A stretch of DNA of 64,000 nt, from the NCBI GenBank assembly GCA_028820655.1, contig JAPPIK010000006.1, positions 303,154 through 367,153 on the forward strand, given 5' to 3'. Every line of letters starts with the position of its first letter. Position 1 is the stretch's first letter. A model generated the notes under the pieces. That model worked only from the letters and a program-made list of their open reading frames with translations. It was not told where the DNA came from and did not search any database. This DNA is from Candidatus Poribacteria bacterium. Lineage in GTDB: Bacteria > Poribacteria > WGA-4E > JAJDTR01. The translations under genes and the position numbers were made by a program. Below, in pieces: positions 53,905-63,800 of this stretch.

Positions 53905-55323
53905 TCAAAGTATCTGCTTAAACGTGTCTCGCTTCAATTCTCCCAAAAAGACCATTCCCGCCGCATAGTACATCACTGACAACGGAATGAGCACCCAAAT
54001 CGGGGCTAGTTTTCTGAGTACGATCAACCCGCAACCCATTGTCGCGGAAAGCACCACGGCTTTGATGGCATACCGCATACCGGTGAGCGTTGCGATGCGG
54101 CGAGAAATGTAAACGAAACCGGCAAGGAATAAAAACCCTTCACTGACTATTAGGGACGTTGCGGCGCCAACATGGCTGTATCGAGGAATGAGCAGATAGT
54201 TTAACGCCACGTTTACGAATGTCGTCATTCCCATAAGCAACGTGAACTGGACGCGTTTATCCGCCGCGCGCAATACGGTGATCGAGGTTGTTGTCAAGAA
54301 TGCGAGCCCGCACGACCAGCTCAACAGTTGTAGTGCGGGGGCGACACTTTCAGGATCGTATTTGTCCGCGGGCAAAATCGAAACTATCTCCCACGCTAAC
54401 GCCGCAATTCCAACAGCCGTGGGAAGTCCGAGCAGAACCATCCATCGCGTGGCGTAGGTGTAGGCGGCGCGAAATTCACTCCTATCGTTCTCGAAAGCAC
54501 GAGACATTAACGGAAACATCGCGCCCAAGAAAGCGCCCGGTAGGATAGTGACCGCGTTTACGATGGTATGCGCCAAGCCATACCAAGCGTTTGCAACGAT
54601 GCCGTCCGGACTCAGCTTTTCAAGCATAATCGCACCGATCCGAAAATACACGAGATGGAGCATATTACCGAGCGCAAAGGGCAGTGCTTGTCGCATCAGC
54701 ACAGCCCAGATGTGTAAATCGAATCGAAAGCGCAATCCGACAAATTTCCATCGCGCAAACGCGACACTCAGCGCCAAATTCATGCATCCCGCAATCAAGA
54801 TCACGAGGCAGAATTCTTGAAGACTCCCGCCCAAGACAATCAGCGCGCCGCCAACAACACAAACCACCGTTCGTTCGGCGATGACGGTATAGGCTTCATA
54901 CTTCATCTGTTCGAACGCCCGAAAGACACAGCGGTACGACAGTGCAATCAAGTTAAGTATCTCCGCCAAACCGAGCAATTTGATGATCTGCATTGTGGCT
55001 GCCGGATAACCTAACAGACGCCCCACCCCAACCATCAATCCGTATGCCGCAATCGATAACAGGATTCTAATGATTAGGGCATTGCCAACGAAATGGCGTG
55101 CTTCATTTAAACGCAGCGTCATTTCTCGAATCAGCGGCGTATGCATACCCAATTCGATCACGGTCGCAATGAGATTGGTGAAGGAAATGGCAAGAAAATA
55201 AACCCCCATCTCTTTTTCCCCAAAGTAACGCGTCATGAGGAGAAATGTCACGCCGAGAGAGAACAAGCGGGTGACGAGATGAGCGGCTAGAAGGGCAGAC
55301 GTGTTTTCAAAGACGCGATTCAT
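53905..55323 (-). CDS. polysaccharide biosynthesis flippase (MOP superfamily, Wzx-like)
   Basis: 472 aa and about 12-14 hydrophobic helices. N-terminus MNRVFENTSALLAAHLVTRLFSLGVTFLLMTRYFG is typical of Polysacc_synt-type transporters. Confidence 0.75.
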   Translation of the reverse strand: MNRVFENTSALLAAHLVTRLFSLGVTFLLMTRYFGEKEMGVYFLAISFTNLIATVIELGMHTPLIREMTLRLNEARHFVGNALIIRILLSIAAYGLMVGVGRLLGYPAATMQIIKLLGLAEILNLIALSYRCVFRAFEQMKYEAYTVIAERTVVCVVGGALIVLGGSLQEFCLVILIAGCMNLALSVAFARWKFVGLRFRFDLHIWAVLMRQALPFALGNMLHLVYFRIGAIMLEKLSPDGIVANAWYGLAHTIVNAVTILPGAFLGAMFPLMSRAFENDRSEFRAAYTYATRWMVLLGLPTAVGIAALAWEIVSILPADKYDPESVAPALQLLSWSCGLAFLTTTSITVLRAADKRVQFTLLMGMTTFVNVALNYLLIPRYSHVGAATSLIVSEGFLFLAGFVYISRRIATLTGMRYAIKAVVLSATMGCGLIVLRKLAPIWVLIPLSVMYYAAGMVFLGELKRDTFKQIL

Positions 55324-55454
55324 AGGGTAAAAACGCGTGGCATGTAGGAATGGAGGGGAATCTCTCGGGTTGGTTGCAAACTTGCGCCTGTTTCTTCGAT
55401 GATGTTACCGCAGTACCAAGACATGAAAGACGGTATTTCATGCAGGGAGGGATA

Positions 55455-56132
55455 CTAATTTCCGGTTTTGCCATACAGGCCTTTCCGGATATAGTTTGGA
55501 ATTAATCCAAAGCAGTCATCCGATTCGCCGCGCAAAAGGTGTTCGCGCCCGATTCGAGCGATGTTGGTACCGCGCGGCACGTTAAAGGTAGACGCGGCGA
55601 GAATCAAGGCATCACCGAATGTTTCTCGTATCTTCTTTGCATATCTACTCAAACCGTCGCCGACAAAAACGGCGGAACTTTCAACGCAATTTAGCAACGC
55701 TTCAATCGAGAGGCATAGATCTTCGCATCTGCGTTCCAGATTTGCCCCTCCGTGAAAAACCGCACCATAAACTTCATCCCGGCGCGCGTCCAAAATCGGG
55801 CAAATCAGGCCGTTGGAATAGCGCAGATTATAGGCAATCGCCTCTAGCGTTGAAACACCGACAATCGGTTTCTTGATGGCATAGCAGAGCGACTTCGCCG
55901 TGCCAACCCCGATTCGGACTCCCGTAAATGATCCGGGACCTATCCCCACGGCACAAGCGTCCACGTCATGAACCGTCAAATCTCCCCACTTCAAGACCTG
56001 ATCTATCGCGGGCATCAATCGGGAAGAGTGGGCTTGCGTGATGTTCAGCGTATGTTCGGCGATAAAATCGTCTCCCTCGATTAAGCCAACGCTGCCAATC
56101 GGGGTCGAGGTATCGATTCCAAGTATCTTCAT
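55455..56132 (-). CDS. tsaB: tRNA threonylcarbamoyladenosine biosynthesis protein TsaB (YeaZ)
   Basis: MKILGIDTSTPIGSVGL, HS..L.P.ID..L........D.DA.AVGIGPGSFTG.RIGV..AK.L....KP..GVSTLEA. Confidence 0.88.
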   Translation of the reverse strand: MKILGIDTSTPIGSVGLIEGDDFIAEHTLNITQAHSSRLMPAIDQVLKWGDLTVHDVDACAVGIGPGSFTGVRIGVGTAKSLCYAIKKPIVGVSTLEAIAYNLRYSNGLICPILDARRDEVYGAVFHGGANLERRCEDLCLSIEALLNCVESSAVFVGDGLSRYAKKIRETFGDALILAASTFNVPRGTNIARIGREHLLRGESDDCFGLIPNYIRKGLYGKTGN

Positions 56133-56141
56133 CCGCTTCGT

Positions 56142-56708
56142 CTACCACGGCCTCCCTCTTGGGTTCAGCGCGGGCGGAACTTCGTTTTTGACAGCCTTGA
56201 CCGTTTTCAGATACGCCCAAATGGATTTAAGATCCTCATCGTTCATCTCCGCATAGTTTTTCAAGGGCATTGGGGGAAAGATTTTCCGATTTGACTCGAC
56301 GCCTTGATGGCGCCCCGTCCGCAACGCGCCGACGAACATTTTCTCGGTCCACTCTCCTAGCCCCGTTTCCTTGTCCGGCGTCAGGTTGGTGGCAAAAGTA
56401 GTACCGAAGGGTGCCGCAAATGCTGTCATGGTCGGTGCGGTGACCATGAAAATGTCCTGTCCCATCATGGTTCTGAAGTCGTACCTCGGGTAGCCCGCGC
56501 TAGCCGGATGCCCTGCCAAGTACATACTCATATCCGGGTCTGCACCTTTGCGCGGGGTGTGACACTGTCCGCACGCGCCAACAGTGTCCACGAGATATTT
56601 TCCGCGCTTTACAATATCGTCCTGCCCCTGAACTCTGTTAAGGAAAATCACCGTAAAAGTCAACGCCGAGAAACTTATGAATCCAATGAACCAACGTTTT
56701 TTGCGCAT
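56142..56708 (-). CDS. membrane-anchored c-type cytochrome (monohaem)
   Basis: Start at MRKKRWFIGFISFSALTFTVIFL, preceded by AAGGAG. Haem motif CGQCHTP. Likely distal Met region FPPMPL. Confidence 0.7.
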   Translation of the reverse strand: MRKKRWFIGFISFSALTFTVIFLNRVQGQDDIVKRGKYLVDTVGACGQCHTPRKGADPDMSMYLAGHPASAGYPRYDFRTMMGQDIFMVTAPTMTAFAAPFGTTFATNLTPDKETGLGEWTEKMFVGALRTGRHQGVESNRKIFPPMPLKNYAEMNDEDLKSIWAYLKTVKAVKNEVPPALNPRGRPW

Positions 56709-57073
56709 GGCATACTCCTTTCTATATTGAATTGGGGGGTCCATTATATCATCGCCGGAAGGTATTTGCAATGCGTCGCCTTACCGGCACGTATATTTCA
56801 GTGGGAGCGGGCTCCCGCACGCTCAGAAACCGAGTCTTCTCTTCAGAACAGAATATTTTCTGCACTCCTGTAGGGCGGATTATCTCTTATCAAGTCCCAG
56901 ATTCAGACGATCACCAAGAAGCGACATCCGATAGGTTGGGCAAAACTCGATGAAACCGGACTTCCGTGTCATGTAACGCCCCTTAAAAGGCCGCAATGCG
57001 CAGATATGGGCTTGAAGTGTAAGTTGTGACTCGGTATACGTCTCTAGCATTCTGTAATCGAAGGGAGGTTCAA

Positions 57074-57259
57074 ATGTTAGCAGATGTAGAAAACACGCTT
57101 CTCAACACGAGCGAGATACGAGAGATAGGCGTACAACGCGATCAGGATGGCAATGAGAATTCGCGGACGATTATGATTCACATCACGGACAACAATCATT
57201 ATATTTTCTCGCGTCAAGCGGCTAAAGCATTGGCGCGCAATAACTTGGAGGAATTGTGA
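57074..57259 (+). CDS. small hypothetical protein (61 aa)
   Basis: Strong GGGAGG sits 5 nt before the ATG at 57074. MLADVENTLLNTSEIREIGVQRDQDGNENSRTIMIHITDNNHYIFSRQAAKALARNNLEEL. No family recognised. Low-GC neighbourhood next to an IS remnant. Confidence 0.35.
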   Translation: MLADVENTLLNTSEIREIGVQRDQDGNENSRTIMIHITDNNHYIFSRQAAKALARNNLEEL

Positions 57260-57351
57260 TCTATCTTGAGGAAGGCAAATTGTTTGATAGATCTGCGATC
57301 CCTTCGTTCTTACCTTTCTCCTATGGAGGTCAAACGTGTTCAGTTGATACA

Positions 57352-58204
57352 ATGAACCATTTTCCCGATGAACGTGCATGCCTCACGTTTTCGGATGAGA
57401 TACGGTGCAAAGATGTGGCATTCTGCCCATTCTGTGCGAGTACCAAAGGAGATCGGAACAAAAAGAACAATCAGGTTAACCAATGGAATCCTTACGACTG
57501 TTCCTCCGTTTTTTGAGTGTCGCATGGCACACTTATCCAAGGCTCGAAAGTGCCGCTCAAGGCATTTATTTGTCATGCTTATGCTCAACGCGAATAAAAG
57601 TGAATCTAGTCATCAATTCTGACGTGATCTCGGCTTGAATCGTAAGACCGCATGGTACAGGCAAGATCGGAGGCGACGGCTAATGAAAGATGATGATTGG
57701 ACGATTCTTAAGTGAATAGCCGAAGCGGACGAGACCTATATGGGCGGGAAACCACGACAGGGAAACTAACGCGAGAACGACCACAAACCGAGAGGACTAG
57801 GCGGGACTACTAAGACACCAGTAATAGGATTGGTTGAGCGAGGCGGGAAATTGACAGCCAAGATGGTTGATAGCGTGATTAATGACCGCATGAAGGAATT
57901 AATGATTCTGAACATGTCATCACCCCAATCTACGCTCATGACTGACGAGAGTCCAATCTATTACTTCGTGGACGGGTTAATGAAGCATAAATCGGTTAAT
58001 CATAACATCCAGTATGTGGACGGGGCTCTTCATACTAACACGATTGAGGCGTTCTGGAGCCTGCTCAAGCGGGCTTGGCACGGAATACATCATCACTATA
58101 GCAAACGCTACAGGCCACTTTATGTGGCTGAAGCATGTTATAAGAACAGCCATCAAAACACCGAGAGCCTGGTTGATGCGTTCATTCGGGATTACTTTTC
58201 TTAG
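57352..58204 (+). mobile_element. IS1595-family (ISXO2-like) transposase gene, decayed by frameshifts and an in-frame stop
   Basis: Zinc-ribbon start MNHFPDERACLTFSDEIRCKDVAFCPFCAST. A second frame carries the ...SKARKCRSRHLF... segment. AEADETYMGGKPRQGN is followed by a TAA stop. An intact DDE C-terminus follows (VIGLVERGGKLTAKMV...LMTDESPIYYFV...HKSVNH...VDGALHTNTIEAFWSLLKRAWHGIHHHYSKRY). No terminal inverted repeats identified. Confidence 0.7.
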
Positions 58205-58406
58205 TTTGCACGTGCAACTGGGTTATATGCTCTAGGTGAATTTGTTCGATCCTGTCTAACCGTTGCTCTAATCTAACCTCCAAGCGCCGAATATCTTCTT
58301 TGGTTGCCATATTGGTAAAAAGAAATCCGATTATGCCTCCCAACAACATTAGAGTCTGTATCCCCATCGCGATCCATGATTGACGTGTCATAATCATAGC
58401 CTCCAA
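58182..58406 (-). CDS. small membrane protein with coiled-coil tail (paralogue-like of 5106-5471)
   Basis: TM WIAMGIQTLMLLGGIIGFLF then EDIRRLEVRLEQRLDRIEQIHLEHITQLHVQTKKSNPE. The tail resembles ...RLENLNQNFVNHLEFHATQTKQEPE of the 5.1-kb ORF. Confidence 0.4.
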   Translation of the reverse strand: MEAMIMTRQSWIAMGIQTLMLLGGIIGFLFTNMATKEDIRRLEVRLEQRLDRIEQIHLEHITQLHVQTKKSNPE

Positions 58407-58570
58407 AAGTGGTGTAGCTGCCTAGTATTCAATAACAATATCACTTTTTGAGAGAGGGAATCAACCTATTCGGCGGATTTATGGATACTCTTTCCACGTT
58501 CTTGCGTTTGACGATCTTCCGAATTTTCTGCTCATGCGCCAATTCCAAGCGAAATATAGGATTCCTACCA

Positions 58571-59345
58571 AGTAACACTCAACATTGCACTCCTCTGGAG
58601 TGCGGAGATTGGGCGCATCACGATTCTATTGACATGGCACTCCGCTGGAGTGAAAACCAGACCACGAAGGAACACTATTACGGCCAGTCATAGAGCGAAA
58701 AATTAACGTATCCCGCTGATGGATTGTGATCCGCAAACTAACAGTTTGCGGTACAAGAGTGTTACGTGCTGAATGAATTATTGCGACAGGGATAATAGCG
58801 CGCTCTCAAGTAACACTTTCTCCAAAGTAAGTGATACAGCGAAAAACGAGTTGCGAAATGAGGGACTCGTATCGTTACGCATAATGGCGTGCTGTGTACC
58901 ACAATCTGTTAGATTGTGATCGCAAACTAACAGTTTGCGGTACGAGAGCGTTACTTGCTGAAAGAATTCTACCGGCAGGGATAATGGGACGCTATCAAGT
59001 AACAGTTTTTCAAAACCAATCTTAGAGAAGGAAATCTGTACCACAATCTGTTAGATTATGATACGCAAACTAACAGTTTACGGTACAAGAGTGTTACCTG
59101 CAGCATGAATTATTCCGACAGGGATACTGTCACGCTCTCAAGTAACACGCGACATTGCACTCCGCTGGAGTGCAGGAATTAAGCTCGTCGTAATCTACAG
59201 ACATCTGGGATCTCTATGGGACTTCTATCGCCTTCGCTGGTCGCTTAGTTGATTCTATTCAGTCGCTTGATCCTCTGGAGCGAGGAACCAGTGTTACTTC
59301 TGGGATGAATTATACCGCCAAGGACAATGGCGCGCTCTCAAATAC
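58571..59345. repeat. tandem array of about four ~110-nt highly structured repeat units with variable spacers, plus GCACTCC.CTGGAGTGC hairpins and an embedded family B copy
   Basis: The unit is GTACCACAATCTGTTAGATTGTGATCGCAAACTAACAGTTTGCGGTAC(A/G)AGAG(T/C)GTTAC..(~45 nt)..GCTCTCAAGTAACAC. Units sit at about 58708-58816 (5'-truncated), 58897-58996, 59038-59148 and 59281-59345 (partial). Hairpins sit at about 58588, 58636 and 59155. The family B copy is at 59207-59274. Confidence 0.75.
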
Positions 59346-59556
59346 CGGATTCGGACAATCGTCAATTCACGCCATCCAATGGGTTCGGTCATATACCCTG
59401 TAACGCAACGCTCGCGTCTTGGATAGCCCCTCAAATAGCTTGAACCGCCACGAAGATTCTGTTAAACTCAATCGGCATTTACAGACCCGAATCTCACAAT
59501 GAAATCTACTCAAACGGCTATAATATAACTGGAGGGATAACTACAAGGAGGAAATT

Positions 59557-59967
59557 TTGGATTGTATTTTCTGCTCGATTGTTTCCGGCGATATTCCTGC
59601 GATAAAGGTTTATGAAGACACCGAAACCCTAAGTTTCATGGACATCAACCCGGGAAACCCCGGACACCTATTGGTAATCCCGAAACAGCATTACCGTAAT
59701 ATCTTCGATATCCCTCCCGAAACCGCGGGGAAGATTATGGCGGTTGGAGCAAAACTCGCGGGAGCGATTAAGGATGTATTGAGACCGGACGGTCTGAATC
59801 TCTTCCAATCCAGTGAAGCGGCGGCTTTTCAGTCAGTGTTACACTTCCATCTGCACCTGCTCCCGCGTTGGGAGGGTGATTCACTACTTCTACCGTGGAA
59901 GCCGAAACCGGGCAACATGAACGAAATTCGCGAGGTAGCCGCTCATCTTCAAGAGTGCCTCAATTGA
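59557..59967 (+). CDS. HIT-family (histidine triad) nucleotide hydrolase/transferase
   Basis: TTG start 5 nt after AGGAGG. MDCIFCSIVSGDIPA..VYEDTETLSFMDINP.NPGHLLVIPKQH. Triad HFHLHLLPR. Confidence 0.88.
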   Translation: MDCIFCSIVSGDIPAIKVYEDTETLSFMDINPGNPGHLLVIPKQHYRNIFDIPPETAGKIMAVGAKLAGAIKDVLRPDGLNLFQSSEAAAFQSVLHFHLHLLPRWEGDSLLLPWKPKPGNMNEIREVAAHLQECLN

Positions 59968-60106
59968 ACCGTATTCTGTGGGAGCGATCTCCGAATCGTG
60001 ACTGTTGGTGGACTCGCCAATAATCCACTCCGACGGCAATCATCAAGCCGACGCTGTCCTTTTCTGTCTTCTTAATCCACGATTCAAAATTTCCCTGTCT
60101 CCCCAC

Positions 60107-60784
60107 TCAAGGCGACCGCGCTTGCATCCAATCCCAAACATCCGAGACATTCTCGCTAAACGAGCCTTGCGGCACAAACCTCTCCTCGAAAAACGCCGTT
60201 CCGACCGTAAATCCGCGCGGTTTCGAATCCAACACTTCGCCAATGCGTTCATACGACCCGATGCTTCCGGCGCACACAACCGGGACGTTCGTGGCTTCGA
60301 CGACCGCTGCCAGCAAACCTATCGCCTCCCCAACATGCCTATAGGCGAGAAGATCCATCCCGTCCACCCCTTCAGCTTCTAACTGTTGGGCGTGGGCAAC
60401 AATCTCACCTACGCTGCCCTCTAAGACAGTGGGATGGCTATGCACATTACCCAAAAATGGATAGTATGCAACCGATTTGTCTTTAAGATATTCGTTAATC
60501 GAGTCATAAAAGACGGTTCCCATCAGGATATCGACCCCCGACTCAACGGCAAGTTCTGCGCCGCGCATTCCCTCCTCTTCCGAAAGGCTTACCACTTCAA
60601 GATAGGTTGTCTTCCCGGCCTCCGACATTTGGCGTACCAATTCCCTTATTCTCTCCTTTGGAAGCCCGACATCCTTAAATCCCCAATGCCCAACCGGAAA
60701 ATCCTTCATTTCGTCGAAGAGTTCCAGCGCGTTCTGAACCGTTCGATCATTATATGTAAGCATAACGATAAGTTCAGGATCCAT
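60107..60784 (-). CDS. hypothetical TIM-barrel-like protein
   Basis: Start taken at MDPELIVMLTYNDRTV. Alternating beta/alpha pattern with GVDILMG, GVDGMDLLAYR and VPVVCAGSIGS. Family not recognised. Lies upstream of, and is co-oriented with, nothing I can link functionally. Confidence 0.45.
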   Translation of the reverse strand: MDPELIVMLTYNDRTVQNALELFDEMKDFPVGHWGFKDVGLPKERIRELVRQMSEAGKTTYLEVVSLSEEEGMRGAELAVESGVDILMGTVFYDSINEYLKDKSVAYYPFLGNVHSHPTVLEGSVGEIVAHAQQLEAEGVDGMDLLAYRHVGEAIGLLAAVVEATNVPVVCAGSIGSYERIGEVLDSKPRGFTVGTAFFEERFVPQGSFSENVSDVWDWMQARSP

Positions 60785-60884
60785 CAATGTCCAATCCTTC
60801 AGTTTCCCGGGCGATCCACGTAATTTCCGAGATTGTCTCGCGTAAGAAAAAAGGTGGTAGGCACACACCGTAGGCCGTAACCTT

Positions 60885-63800
60885 TTAGATTCGAGGCATC
60901 AGTCGGATCGTGACCACGGAGAAAGGCTCGATCGTCAACCCCACCGAATGCGAACCGCTAGGCATCACCCGTTGGTTCTCCTCGACAATATTTGTTTCAA
61001 ACACCTGTCCAAGCGCCAAATACGGTAGGGTCACTGTTGCCGTCGTGTCCTTTCCCTCGGTCTCGATAAGCCGCAAAATGTAGCCTTCGTCATCTTCCGC
61101 TTTCTTGAACGTCAACACCATCACGTTCGGCGCATCGACTTCACAGAACGAGGCCGTTGAAGGCAGTGCGCCCCCCTTGCCAGACCCGTCCATCCAGATC
61201 GAGAGCGGTGGATTGGCGGCGTCCCACCCGAACCGTCTTGGCTCGCCTCCGCGCCAATCGCCCTCGTGGGTGCTGAACGAGTAGCGCACCAGATATTCGC
61301 ACGGGTGGACGTTGATGAAGTTCGTACCGAAGTTATTGTAACTGACGAGAGAATAGATGTGCCCCTTCTCCAACTCTCCCGGCTTCAAAAACTCGTGCCC
61401 GTAGTTCGGACCGCGCGCGTGATGGTGAGCGCTCGAGACATAACCGGGCCATAAGCCACCGAACTCCGCCATCGGAGTGTCCATCGCGGTCCAGACGATA
61501 CCCCACTCACCGTTACTCACCTCAGCCCAATGTTGCACGGCATAGCTGTCCGTGTTGGATCCGGGAATTTGGTCGCGGATAGGTTCGATGACCGCGTTGG
61601 TCGCCTCGAAGTGGAATTTAGGATTGTCCATCCGGAATGGAAAGGCAAAAAATACCTCTTTCGTCGGTGTTGAATCCCGCAAAATCCTGGCGTTGAAGTC
61701 AATCCGCTTGACGGCATGGTAGAGCGTGATTTCCTGTGTCACGCGAGGACAGCACGAGCTTTCGGCTTTCAGCGTTATGGTAGTGAACAAGGGACCGGAT
61801 TCCGTGATCGATGCGCTCAGCAATCGGCTCAATTCCTCCTTGCCCGTACCGCAATCTCGGACAATCATACGCCCGAATCCGTGCGGAGCGTCCGAGTCGA
61901 TCAGATCACGCCCTGTCTCTTTGTCGAGCAGAGTCATTATTGTGCCCTGTTCGGCGTCCAACTCCAATCTGAAGAAGCGATTTTCCATGACATCGGCGGT
62001 GGCAGTGCACGATTCTTCGTAGCGGGGCCATTCATCGCAGGGAGCGATCTGGTAGGATCTATAGCCCATGGCTGGCAAATCATCGGCGAGAAAAACCAGC
62101 TCCGTCATACCGCCAACCGCAACTCCTTCGGCGGCCCAAGGCACCGTTGCTTGCGGATCCGTCGTGCGGACTATCTGATACGGCGCGCGCTTGCCCGTCC
62201 CTATCTCCACCAATTCAAAGGGTTTTTCGATTGTCTCGGCGGGAAGACTTACAATCCCGCGCCCGATTGCGCCCCCGAGAACGAGCTTGGGCCCTTCGTC
62301 TTCTCGGCTAGGCGGTACGATGTGCATGGGACTGCTGTGTGGCTGCCAGATGCGCAGCGGCGCTCTCACTACATCCGTGCGCTCCCACGATAAAGAGTTG
62401 AAGGCTGTTACCGTGTAGCCTTCATCGGGCAGCGCGATTTCGTCGGCAATCCTGTTGCCCGCTTTGACGACTAAATCGTGAGTCAGCGCCGCTGCGCGGT
62501 AGGCGAACCCGCTCTTGTTGCTCCAACACCCGTCTTGGGCGGGACCGCCAGGACTCCACATCCCCCAGCAGTGTTCATCGTAATTTAAGGTCTCTCTGTA
62601 CGCCTCATCGATTACGGCTTTCGGATATTCATAGTCGGACGCCGTAATCTCGGCGATGGTCGCCAGCTTCTCAGCCGTCAGCAACTCATCGTGTGTGTTT
62701 CGATTGAGCGCCGTTTCTCGCGGCGTGCACGTCGCCAACACGGGATAGTCCGTGCCGGGCAGGTCGCCGCGCAACGCCTTCACCGTATGGCCCCACTTTT
62801 CCTCGAACCGTTTGAAGAACTGTGTCGGAGTAGCGGTTTTCAGTCGGGGATATGCCCAGTGGGTGTTCCATTCGCGGGCAATGTGGGCAAAGCGTATCGT
62901 GGGAGGCGAGTTGTCGCGTACCCCGCTGACCAAGGGACGATAGACCATGTCATAGGCGTAACCCTTCTCTTCAAGACCTCGCAAAAAGCCCGGCAACTCG
63001 CGGAGTGCATGGCGATAACTTGTTGGCGTCCAAATGTCCTCGTCAAACGGATCGTGCCAATAGAACACCGATGCGCCGTCCGGCCCCTCCCACCGGTGCG
63101 CGCCGGGGCGCTCTATGGGCAGAACCGCCTCCTCGTCCCAGCACGGGTGAACATCATGAAAATACCAAAATGGGAGCGCGGCGAGAAAATACTTCACGCC
63201 GGCTTTTGCCAGTGTGCTCGCCATACCCCATGAAAACCCCGGTATGTCATTGTGTTGTGCGGACGTGATCTGAATGCCGTACTCCCGTTTGAGTCGGAAG
63301 GACGGATATAGGAGACGTATCATCTCCTCGTGACCGCACAACTCCTGCGTTTGATTGCCGTACAGCGCCCCAATCTCTATCTGTCCCTGTTTGACATAAT
63401 GCACCATTCGTTCAACCATCTCTTTGGGACGCCTCTCGACAAATTGCATTACCGACCAGGCCTGCTCCGCTAGATAACGAAACTTGGAGTCCTCGTGCCA
63501 ATCCGCCGTCTCCTCGCAGTAACGAAGCACGTCGTCCATAAACTCGGTGTGCTCGACAAAAAGGTTGGCGGGCATGTCGCTGTACCCCAAGTCATGATGC
63601 GAGAAGTGAACCATGTAAATTTCCCAGTGTTTCTGCGGTTCCCAATCTACTGTTTTCTCATCTTGAGCAGTTCCGTCAATTCGTAGACTGAAACTGACTT
63701 GACCGGGAGATCTAATGTCGGGGACATATACCTCGCACTCGTTCACACCTGACTTGATCGTACCAAGTGTTAGCGACTCATCCACCGACTCGCTTCGAAG

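Noticed and set aside
58571-59345. Possible CRISPR array (repeat/spacer-like alternation).
   Set aside because: The repeat units are about 110 nt, far longer than CRISPR repeats. They are imperfect, and one 'spacer' is itself conserved at 33.4 kb. No cas genes or leader are in the window.
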